Below, one piece after another: positions 27,001 to 39,000 of a stretch of DNA of 64,000 nt (positions within the stretch are counted from its first letter, which is position 1; every line of letters begins with the position of its first letter). The notes below the pieces were generated by a model that was not told where the DNA came from, did no database searches, and worked only from the letters and a program-made list of their open reading frames with translations. The stretch comes from Squalus acanthias (lineage: Eukaryota): NCBI GenBank assembly GCA_030390025.1, contig CM059432.1:144276001-144340000 (forward strand). Direction: 5' to 3'. The translations under genes were made by a program, and so were the position numbers.

Positions 27001-30000
27001 TTAATGTTGGAACTAATAGATACTTTCGGCAGAAGTTCGACATCCTCTCTGTAACTGGAAACCCAGAGACTGGCAATTCCTGTTTTAGTCCAGAAAACAA
27101 ATGAGACTTGCGATAAATTCAATATAATTTAGTCTTAATTTTCCTTGCTGCCCATCCTGAAGTTATTATCTACAATTGTAGTGCCAGGTTCAGAGTAAGA
27201 ACACAACAGAATAGGGGACATTGTCATTAGTAGTTTAAAGCATGCTTATGAGACACTCTTTTATATTAAAGTACTTCCGTACCCTTTTTATATGCTTTCT
27301 GATATCATTAAAGAAATTTGCTTTACAGGTTATTCTACATTTATATTTCTACCAAAAGTTAATTTCTAGATTTTTCTTTGATTTCAAGTAGTATAAATTT
27401 AAAGTGAAATATAAACACTAGGGAATGCTGGAAAAACTCAGCAGGCCACGCAGCATCTGTGGAGAGAGAAACAGAGTTAACGTTTCAGGTCGAAGACCTT
27501 TCGTCCGATCTTCGACCTGAAACGTTAACTCTGTTTCTCTCTCCACGGATGCTGCCTGGCCTGCTGAGTTTTTCCAGCGTTTTCTGTTGTTATTTCGGAT
27601 TTCCAGCATCCGCAGTATTTTGCTATCGTATAAACACTAGGGATTCTCATGTCACCTCTTGTATTTGAGTAGCGTATGACAATCAAACATATTAGTTAGT
27701 TGTTAACTGCCTTTGTTAACTAAGTAAATAATACCATTGTTCAAATGTTGATGTATTATTTAGATTGTTCCTCATTTGTTAAAACTCACAAGTAGAAATG
27801 AACATATTTAATTTGTGAAATGCCCCCCCTTATCCGTTGTCTTCTGGAGGAGTGAGTACTGGTGTACAGTTCTTGCTACAATTGTACAGGGCTTTAGTGA
27901 GACCACACCTGGAGTACTGTGCACAGTTTTGGTCTCCTTATCTGAGGAAGGATATACTTGCCTTAGAGGCGGTGCAATGAAGGTTCACTAAATTGATTCC
28001 TGGGATGAGAGGGTTGTCCTATGAGGAGAGATTGTGTAGATTGGCCTGTACACTCGAGTTTAGAAGAATAAGAGGTGATCTCATTGAAACATATAAGATT
28101 CTGAGGGGAATTGACTGGGTAGGTGCTGAGAGGTTGTTTCCCCTGGCTGTAGAGTCTAGAACTGGGGGGCATAGTCTCAGGATAAAGGGTCGGCCATTTA
28201 AGACAGAGATGAGGAGGAATTTCTTCACTCAGGCTTGTGAATCTTTGGAATTCTTTACCCCAAAGGGCTGTGGATGCTGAATCGTTGAGTATATTCAAGG
28301 CTGAGATCGATAGATTTTTGGACTCTAAGGGAATCGAAGGATATGGAGATCGGGTGGGAAAGCAGAGTTGAAGTCGAGGATCAGCCATGATCTTCGTGAA
28401 TGGCAGAGCAGGTTCGAGGGGCTGTATGGTCTACTCCTCCTAAATCATATTCTTATGTTCTATAGCATATTGCCAGCTCCTTTGCCCAATCAGACATTCT
28501 TCATATGTGATCCTAGATAGCTGTTGTCATTGGGTTATTCCAGCATTGGAGCTGAACGGAACCTGATTTCATCCAACCTCCAGATACACATTCCCAACCA
28601 AAATGAGAACTCAATTGTTCTCTCCTTTTTTCCACCCTAGTTTTATCCTGCGACATTGTGGTCAATTGTAGCACCTCACTGCTACTCTAGCTGAGACTGG
28701 CTAATGTAGCACAGACCTTCCTAATCCTTGTGGCTCAGTAGCACAACGCACAGTAGCATCACTACTAATACTGGTTTTACGCTGGTGTGCATAGTGCTAA
28801 CATTCAACCAGCCTTTTGAATTCTCGGTTATTTCTCGTGATTGTCCAATTTTGTGAAAAAATGTAACCTTGTAATATGTGTCTCTGTTCATTTTGGTGGG
28901 TTAGGAATGTAAACGTCTTTCTCAAAACAAAATCTGACTCTTACCAGTGGTGTGACCTAATAGCGTGACTAGAAACTTTTAAAATTGTATTTTATATGTT
29001 GGTAGATGAGAGTTCCTACCTACAAATCCAGACCAAGTTACTAATTTCAGCCTTGTATCCAGAGATGCACTGAACAAAAGCCAAGGGCTTCTCCACAGGA
29101 AGGGAAGGTCGTAGGCTGGGTCACTGAGAGCAGGCTTTGTGGCTGGCTTGTCAGATAGGGAGTGGCTGGTGTACAGCACTGAGGGACCTAGCAAACACGA
29201 AAGGGAAAAAATTAAAATCGGGCAGCAAAAAAAAAATGATGTTAGATCTACAACAGTATAAAGTCATCAATAAAATTATAGATTAAAAGTATGCTTGAAC
29301 ATGTAATTCAGTATAAAGCAAACAAATCAAATTAAAGCTTGAAGTACTTAAACATTTGGTAGACCTTTAATGCAAATCCAAGTGAGTAGAATCCAAGCGT
29401 CAACTTGGCTCACTAGGTCACACTCTTGCTTCCAAAAGAGACGGTTGTGAGCTCGAGCCCCAAGCAGGACTTGAGCACATAATCTTGGCACTTCAGTGCA
29501 GGACTGAGGGAGTGCTGCAATGTTGGAGGTGCCGTCTTTCAGGTGAGCTGATAAACAGAGGCTCCATCTCCCTGTTCAAAGAAGAGCTGGGTGTTCTCAC
29601 GATCCCCTGGACAACATTGGTCCTATCAGTAATTATTACTATTGCTATGCTGTTGCAGACAGACCTCGTCAGCTAAAGTCTCTATTCACAAAAGACAGAG
29701 AAGAACTATTGCAATTGCCTACTTGGTCAAACTCAGTATTCAGCACATATTCAATTACACAATGTCTGCAAAATATACTAACTGATTATGCACTGAAACC
29801 CATGAGTCAAGAACAAATCAAATCAAAGAACATGGTTGTAAAACTATATGTAATACAGGAAACTCTTTATTAACCGGCACCGACGGGACCGGCGTGGTGC
29901 CGGTTAATCAAAAAGTCCGGATAACGGAGAGTTATATCTCCCAACGTACGAGAGCCCCGTACACATTGACATGCGCCTGCATTCGGAGCTCCGTCTCCCC

Positions 30001-33000
30001 GGGGACCGCCAGCTGACCATCTGTCGTGTCCGCTGCCTACCCGGGCTGCACATTCCCCTCCCAATCTACACGCTCTAATACAAGGCAAACGCCTCGGGGT
30101 TTTTTTTTAAGTTAATTTTAACCGAGAGATGAAGGAAAACCCGGTTACCTACTCAAGAATTTTGCCGGTTAAGAGAGATTTCCGGATATTTGGGTGCCGG
30201 TTAATAAAGAGTTTCCTGTAAATGGAAGATGAAGTAATCAATGATGCATTTAGTTTGTTAATTAAAATAAGAGAAATCTAAAGTGACTTTTCCTAATTCA
30301 TTCATTCTTCAAATGAATAGGCTGTCATTTGAATGGGAGGAAACTACAGACACATAATCATATCTGAAGTTGGTGCCTTTGGTTTCCCCAGTGCATGTTT
30401 CAGTAGCTGCAGTGCTGCCTGGCCTTGGGACATAAGCCACTGCCATGGTGATGGTCAAATCATTGGTGCTGGAGCAGTCTTTCTCAGACATATCCTTCAC
30501 CAGCGCCTTATTTAGACCAACTTTACCCTTTCAAATAAAAAGAGAAAATGCTGGAAATACTCAGCAGATCAGGCAGCATCTGTGGAGAGAGAAACACAGT
30601 TGATGTTTCAGGTCGATGACCAATGTTCCCTCTAATTTTTATATTTGGTGCACAGTCCCTTTACGTTTGCTGCAGCGGTCATGTATGCGCGGTATCTTGT
30701 CCAGTGGAACAGCTGGTGAGCGGCCTGCGCAGGGCCTCCTGATCGCTGCGTGGCCGCGCGCCTGTGCAGATTTGGTGGAACATTGTCAATGACCTTTCGT
30801 CAGAACTGGAAAAGGTTAGAGAAGTAACAGGTTTTAAGCAAGTACAGAGGCAGGGAAAGGGGGAGGAGAGGAAAGAACATAAGGGAAGATCTGTGATAGG
30901 GTGGAAAGCAGGGGAGATTAAATGACAAAAGGGATGATGGTGCAAGGCAAAAGGAGATGGTAATGGGACAAGTAAACAAAAGATGGGTCTAGAGGAGGTG
31001 TAAAGGGGAATATCAGAATCATCAGCAACAGCCAGAAACGTCCCAAAAAATGGGGGCAGAGGATATGAGCTGAAGTTTTTTTACCCCCGCAAAAGTTTGT
31101 TCCCTTATAGAATGGAGTATATAGGCAGGTTTATTGGCCATAGTTCTTTTGTGTTGGATTAGCCCTTGGTTGAGTTGTATGCTGTACAAAGTGTGCATTT
31201 TTTCCCCCTAGAGTCCCAGGAGTTCTGCATGTTCGGAAGGGCCTGATGAACCAATGCAATTCATAAACGTGTTCCACAGTTTGTGTAGGTAATTTCTTAA
31301 AATACCTCAAATCTCCTGACTTCACAGAGCTCCAGGGACTCTGAACTAAATGCAGACATACAGCCCTAGTCATTGGTGTTAAAATATTATTGAGCATCCA
31401 GTCGGAATGGACAACATTGCGAACAACTCTGACAATACTTTAATACACCAGCACAAGTGAATACTGGCTCATCTGTTCTTAATGCACTAGAAATAGGTGT
31501 CAGGTTCAATGCCAGAGTGTGTTTTTCTCTGTTGGTGTTCTGGCCAATATTTATCCCTCCACCAACATCACTAAAAACAGATGATCTAGTCATTATCACA
31601 TTGCTGTTTGTGGGATCTTGCTGTTCATAGAGTCATAGAAATTTACGGCACAGAAGGAGGCCATTCGCCCCATTGCATTTGTGCCGGCCGAAAAAGAGCT
31701 ATCCCAGCCTAATCCCACTTTCCAGCTCTTGGCTCGTAGCCTTGTAGGTTACGGCTCTTCAAGTGCATATCCAAGTTCTCCGCAAGTTCCCTCTAATCCT
31801 TTTACCAATTATTTTAAATCTATGCCCCCTAGTTACTGACTTCTCTGCTAAGGGAAATAGGTCCTTCCTATCCTCTCTATCTAGTCATAGAGTCATAACG
31901 GCACAGAAGGAGGCCATTCAGCCTATCGAGTCCGTGTCGGCTCTCTGTAGAGCAATCCAGTCAGTCCCATTCCCCCGCTCTATCCCCGTAGCCCTGCAAG
32001 TTTATTTCCCTCAAGTGCCTATCCAATCTCCCCTTGAAAACATTGAGTGTCTCCGCTTCCACCACTTCCATCGGCAGCGAGTTCCAGGTCCTCACCACTC
32101 GCTGCGTAAAAAAATTTTCCTCACGGCCCCCCTGTATCTCTTGCCCAAACCCTTAAATCTGTGTCCCCTAGTCCTTGTACCATCAACTAGTGGGAACAGC
32201 CTTTCCCCGTCTAGCCTATCCAAACCCGTCATAATCTTGTACACCTCTATCAAATCACCCCTCAACCTCCTTTACTCTAATGAAAACAAATCCAGCTTCT
32301 CCAACCTGTCCTTGTAGCTAAGATCCCCCATCCCCAGAACCATGCTGATAAATCTCCTCTGCACCCTCTCAAGGGCCTTCACATCCTTCCTAAAGTGTGG
32401 TGACCAGAACTGGACGCAATACTCCAGTTGTGGCCTAACCAGTGCTTTATAAAGGTTCAGCATAACCCCTCATAATTTTATAATTATGCTCAATTAAGTC
32501 TCCCCTTAACCACCTCTTCCAAAAAAAAAACCCCAGCCTATCCAATCTTTCCTCATAGCTAAAATTCTCCAGTCCTCGTAAATCTCCTCTGTACCCTCTC
32601 TGGTGCAACCACATCTTTCCTGTAATGTGGTGACCAGAATTGTATGCAGTACTCCAGCTGTGGCCTAACTAGTGTTTTATACAGTTTAAGCATAACCTCC
32701 CTGCTCTTGTATTCTGTGCCTCGGCTAAAAAAGTATCCCGTATGCCGTCTTAACCACCTTATCTACCTGTCCTGTTACCTTCTGGGATCTGTGGACATGC
32801 ACCCCAAGGTCCCGTTGTTCCTCTACACTTCTCAGTAACCTGCCATTTATTGTGTATTCCCTTGCCTTGTTAGCACTCCCCAAATGCATTACCTCACGTT
32901 TCTCCGGATTGAATTCCATTCGCCACTTTTCTGCCCACCTGACCAGTCCATTGATATCTTCCTGCAGTCTACAGCTTTCTTCCTCGCTATCAACCAAACG

Positions 33001-36000
33001 GCCAATTTTTGTATCATCTGCAAACTTCTTAATCATGCACCCTATATTGAAGTCTAAATCATTGATATATGCCACAAAAAGCAAGGGACCTTGTACTGAG
33101 CCCTGCGGAACCCCACTGGAAACAGCCTTCGCAAATTGGCTGCCGCGTTTCCTACATTACAACAGTGATTACACTTCAGAAGTACTTAATTGGCTGTAAA
33201 GTGCTTTGGGACGTCGTGAGGTTGTGAAAGGCACTACTGAATTGCAAGTTCCTTCTTTGTGAGCCAGACTTTCAGAGAGCAACTTTGCTGCAAAACCTCT
33301 TTTTGGTAACCAAGTGTAAAGCTGCCCTGACAGGTTTCAAATAGCGCCCAAAAGTTAAAAGCTATCCTGGACATGGCTTTTAAAATACCATCACCAATTC
33401 CACAAATGACATTAGGCACTTCATTGTGGGTCAGGATAAAGTTCCCTGTTAAATGTCAGAAGGTGCTTTATCTAGTCGCCAGAAAGAAAATATTTCCAGA
33501 TTCTGGCTTCTCCTTTTGATTGCAGCAGTGACACGTCATCACTGCCGCTGTCGGTGGGGCCACTATCCAAACCCTTTCAGTAACTGAGGCTCGTTGGATG
33601 GCTGTATGGAGGGTGGGCTGTCTTGCAAAAGTTGACAGTCATGTTACCTGCCTTGTATGGTCTTCCTGATTCTTTGAATGAAAACATCCTCCACATAGCA
33701 GGTTCCCACCAGTGTATCCCTGTTGCCCCACAAATTATGAATATAGTTTTTAAAAAACGTTTTCCTTTTTTACTCGTATCACACTACTGCTTTTGCTGAT
33801 AAATATGGTATGAAAAGTTTTGATAGAGTAAATAAGGAGAAACTGTTTCCACTGATGGGAGGGTTGGTAACCAGAGGGATACAGACTTAAGATTATTGCC
33901 AAAAGAGCCAGAGGGGAGATGAGACATTATTTTTTACGCAGCAAGTTGTTATGATCTGGAAGGGTGGTGGAAACAGATTCAATAGTAACTTTCAAAAGGG
34001 AATTGGATGAATCATAGAATGGGTACAGCACAGAAGGAGGCCGTTCGACCCTTCGAGCCCATGCCCGCTCTCTGCAAGAGCACTTCAGCTAGTCCCACTC
34101 CCCTGCCCTTTCACCATAGCCCTGCACATTTTTTTCTTTCAGGTACTTGTCCAATCCTCTGTTGAAAGCCACGATTGAAACTGCCTCCACCACCCTCTCG
34201 GGCAGTGCATTCCAGATCCTAACCACTCGCTGCGTAAAAAGGTTTTTCCTCATGTCGCTTTTAGTTCTTCTGCCAATCACCTTAAATAATTAAAGGAAAA
34301 ATTTGCAGGGCTATGGGGAGAGCGCGGGGGAGTGGGACTAATTGGAAAGCTCTTTCAAAGAGCCGATACAGGCATGATGGGCCAAACAGCCTCCTTCTGT
34401 GCTGTTCTGATTCTATGATAAACCAACTGACACAGCCCAAGAGAAGCACTATTGATACGGCATGGGAAGGGAGATTCACATGGTTAATACGATGTCGTCA
34501 AATTAACTTAAAGGAATCGCCTTGTGTTTCTCTCCATTGGCAATATGGGTCCACTCCTGTAGTATGCTTTAATTCGGAGAATGAGGAAGCTGTTGTGAGA
34601 CAGACAACGATGCTGTTCTAGACATTTAATTTTGTTAAGTTATAAAGTTAATTTTTTTAATTGAGTTATTAGTGCATTCAGTTCACATAGAATACATTTG
34701 ACCTCAAAGTAGTTGTATCTACATAAGGGATGTACATATTGTCTTTTAGGTGGATAGGATGGGAGCTCAATACTCACCCTCCACCGTACAAGACGTTAAT
34801 TGTACTCACAACCTAAGATTGCCTGACCGATTCTGCAAAACTCGAATAGAGGTACACTGACCAGGTTCTATTTCCGTGACAGTTGGGTTGGGACAAGGGC
34901 ATCAGTATGTGATATAAAGAGGGGTAAGAACATTTAATTTTGTGTAATTATTTCTTGGGTTTTTCTATAGATTAATTGATGGGGCAGTGATCCATGTGAG
35001 TAATATTGTTTATCTGGTTCTGACGTAGTGGGAGATATTTCTTCAGGAAGATTTAAAATTACAACTCATTATTTTCTCAGATTTTATGATTTCACAGTCT
35101 TTGATCTACATGGATTTATTGATTATTTATATATATATATATATATATATCGCAGAGGAAAAGCAGAGGTTTAGTTCATTGCATGTCAGAGAATGCACCA
35201 AAAATACACACAAGTGTGACTCAGTTCCCAGAAGGGGTAGATATAAAGATACAAGCAGACTTCATAAGAACAGGAGTGGGCCATTCAGCCCCTAAAACCT
35301 GTTCCGACATTCATTTATATCGGCCCAGAAATTCGCCTCTCCGGCTTGCCGCGGGGGTAAGGATCGCGCGCGCTCTTACCTACCGCGCCTGCCGTTGTGT
35401 TTTGGGCCCACGGGAACTTCGGGTCCTGGGCCTCCCAACTGCCGGCACGCAGTGCTTGCGTGTTCCAGGGGCGCAGTTAGTGCGATGCGTCCCCTGGGAT
35501 CACGTGGGCCATGGAGAGCCAATGGCAGCAGACCATCTTTCATTCATAGATTTGACAGGAGACCTGCCAAATCTGTGAATTGAAATCAGCCCCAAAAGAA
35601 CAGCTAAACTTAAAATAAATTTTTTTTAAAACCATCACATTTATAAAATAACTATAGTTAAATAAATTAACCACTTTAAACAAAAATTTTAATTTTTGAA
35701 AAAAGTAAAATACTTTTTAAAAGTGATAAAAATAAACTTACCTTTCTTTAAAGTATCTAAAAAAGATAAACCTGTTGAAATTTTTTTTAAATTATACTTA
35801 ATTAACCACTTACCTTGTTGAAAACGGCTCCTGCGCCTCCTTTTTATAAGCGTAGGTTCTTCACTACTTACCCTCCCGTAGAAACCTGAAAAAAAATCTA
35901 AGTTTGCTGCGTGCGTGCAGCCTCTACCGCGCACGCGGTTCACCTAGGAACCGCCCCCTTCACCAGACCGAAGTTCCGGTTTCCCACGCATGCGCAGTGC

Positions 36001-39000
36001 ATGCAGGAAACCGGCACTTCGGGACGCTTTACGGGTGAGTACGGACTGTGTACTCACCCGGGAAGGGCCGAATTTTTGGCTCCATATATTCAGTGTGGGA
36101 TTTTAAATTGCCCTCATGAGTCATTTACATTTGGTGACCATGTTAGGTGAGCTGGTACAAGTATTCCCATTCATCATCTAAATGCTCTCTAGAGGAACAA
36201 TTGTCCAAGCTCTCTTTCATTTACCATTTCTGATGCTAAGCCAAGTTATCCATCTTTCCTTGTGTTAAGCAAGATCCATACATGCTCACTTCATCCTTCA
36301 GCTGATTCTACCCTTGTACACCAGCCCTCCCTTCCCCCTGCCTACTCAGGGAGGTACGCACAGAGATCCAGAGCCAGTTCAGGAATCATCGGTCAAATTT
36401 CTTTCTGGTGCCTCGTGGGCGATCAGGCAAATCCCAGGAGGACCCAAACCCATTAATCATTCTGTGATGACTTATTTTTCCAAAGTCCATCAACTGCCTT
36501 CCTGAAGGACTGTAAAGAGTCAGTCTTAACCTACCTACTCTGGAGTCCTGTTCCACAGGTCTGATCACCCTCTGGGAAACATTATTTTCGATCCAATGAT
36601 TTTAATGGATGGAAGCTCACATGATGCACACCCACTATTTCCTCAGAGGGACTCTCTATGACCTCTGCTCCCTATTGGGAGTGCTCGATCACAGAATCGC
36701 CCCATCTGTAATTTACAAGTAGATCAAATGCATTTTTTGGTGGGACACTACTAGCAAAGACACATATGAATGGGCCACACATCTTGACGGGATTCCACCG
36801 ATCACTGAGCGTTGAATCAAGACCAAAAGTGATACAGTTGTGCAAGATTTTAGCCACCCAAACTTTGGTACTATTAGAACAGTTTTAGGAAAGATTATAA
36901 GCAGTAAGTGGAACTAGAAACAGAAGCAGAAAAATAATGGAGTGTGCAAAACCATTTTAAGGGATGTGGAAAGGAAATATATTTCTTTGAGAAATAGAGA
37001 GGCCTCACGACCAAGACCATAATGGCTCAGGGAAGATTGTGTGTAGCCTGTGACAGACCAAATGTCCGTTCTTCATTCCATGCTTAATGCACAAGTGCCA
37101 GACAATGACCATTTCCAAAAAGAGTCTAACCACCTCCCCATGACATTCAATGGCATTACCATCGCTGAATCCCCCACCATCGACATCCTGGGGGTTGGCA
37201 TTGACCAGAGACTCAACTGGATCAGCCACATCAATGCTGTGGCTACTAGAGCAGGTCAGAGGCTGCGTATTCTGTGGCAGGTGTCTCATCTCCTGACTTC
37301 CCAAAGCCTCTCCACCATCTACAAGGCACAAGTCAGGAGTGTGATGGAATACCCTTCACTTGCCTGGCTGTGTGCAGCTGCAACAACACACAAGACATCA
37401 TCTAGGACAAAGCAGCCCGTTTGTTCGGTACCCCAACCACCAGCTTAAACGTTTACTCCCTCCACCACCGGCGTACCGTGGCTGCAGTGTGTATTATCTA
37501 CAAAATGCACTGCAGCAACTTGCCAAGGCTTCTTCGACAGCACTTCTCAAACCTGCAACCTCCACCACCTTAGAAGGACAAGGGCAGCAGGTGTTTGGGA
37601 ACACCATCACCTCCCAGTCACACACCATCCCGACTTGGACACATTGGCCGTTCCTTCATCGTTGCTGGATCAAAATCCTGGCGCTCCCTCCCTAACAGCA
37701 CTGTGGGAGTACCTTCACCACATGGACTGCAATGGTTCAAGGAGGTGGCTCATCACCACCTTCTCAAGGGCAACTAGGGATGGGCAATAAATGTTGGCCT
37801 TGCCAGTGATGCCTGCATCCTGAAGAATGATAGAAAAAAAATCTGCTGAAGGAGTACTGACCTGAAAAGGATAGCTTGGTTGCTATTGTGCTGTACTATA
37901 GGGCTGAGCAGTGACAGATCATTTCTGCAGATGTACTTTTCAAGAAACATTATTAGAACTTTGCATTTCCGTTCTTTATTTTTCAAACAAAACCTTCAGG
38001 AATTTTATGTTGAGCATTTTTGACTTGTTCAAAAATGGTGCGAAAACTAAAACATTTGCCAGAAATTAGAGAATAAAACTAAGTGGCAGTTTTATTTAAG
38101 TCTGATTGTTAGAAGTTTGTTAGAGTATTGGAACCCTTGTATTTTCGAAAGAGCGACAGAAAAAGGTGGTAATCACAGTCCACCCCTGATAATTCATCAT
38201 CGTGCTTTTGCACGAAAATAATTTGAATTATAAATTGTAAATAACACAACAAAATGGGAATTTAGTACTAAATAATAGAATGATAAAATAAATGCTATTC
38301 CAGTAAATCTCTCCCCTCGTGGTCCCCTCTTGGATCTGGTTCTCTTTCACCTTCCTTCTTTGGGCCACTGTTGAGTGGGCAGCAGATGCTCAGTGCACTT
38401 GCAGGTTTGCTCAGCCTATGTCTACCTTCCAGGAGGGCTACAAAGAGGCTTGCCCTCAGCACACTGCTGCAACCGTCTGTGCCTTCAGAAAACGCCGTGC
38501 CAAATCATTGTGCATTTCACAGTCCACTTCCTTTAACGTGCGATTGGCTGCTTTGAGAATCCAGCAATGCACGCGATTAGCTGAATGAGAAAACTAATAT
38601 TGAATACCAATGGCTGAATAGAAAATGCAGTAGCACACCCCATTGGCTGATTGAGAAATCCAAACGATTGGCTGAAGTGGAAGTGTATGCATTTACTGGA
38701 TGCAGTATTTCCAGTTCCTGAATAGAACAAATGTGTTTTTTATCAGGTAATAAATTTCAACAACAAAAAATTACCATGAAAGAGAAAGCACTGCTAACTT
38801 TTCCAGAAATAAGTCAGTAAAGATTTTTTTAAAACACACTGACCGGGCTCCCGTATTATATATATTTATTATGGATGATCTCTGTAAAAGCAGTGAGAGC
38901 TGGAAAACCAAAGACCCCAGAATCCCATCTCTCTTTTGTTTGGCAAAGTTCATAACTCTTTCTCATAGAATGAGTAGCACAGTTATAAGCATGCCTTGCC

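Noticed and set aside
27425..27628. Palindromic repeats as CRISPR arrays, pre-miRNA genes or classical MITEs
   Set aside because: There is no repeat-spacer periodicity and the context is eukaryotic. Asymmetric tails, variable 12-15 bp TSDs and 5' truncation indicate retroelement ends. No recognisable miRNA.
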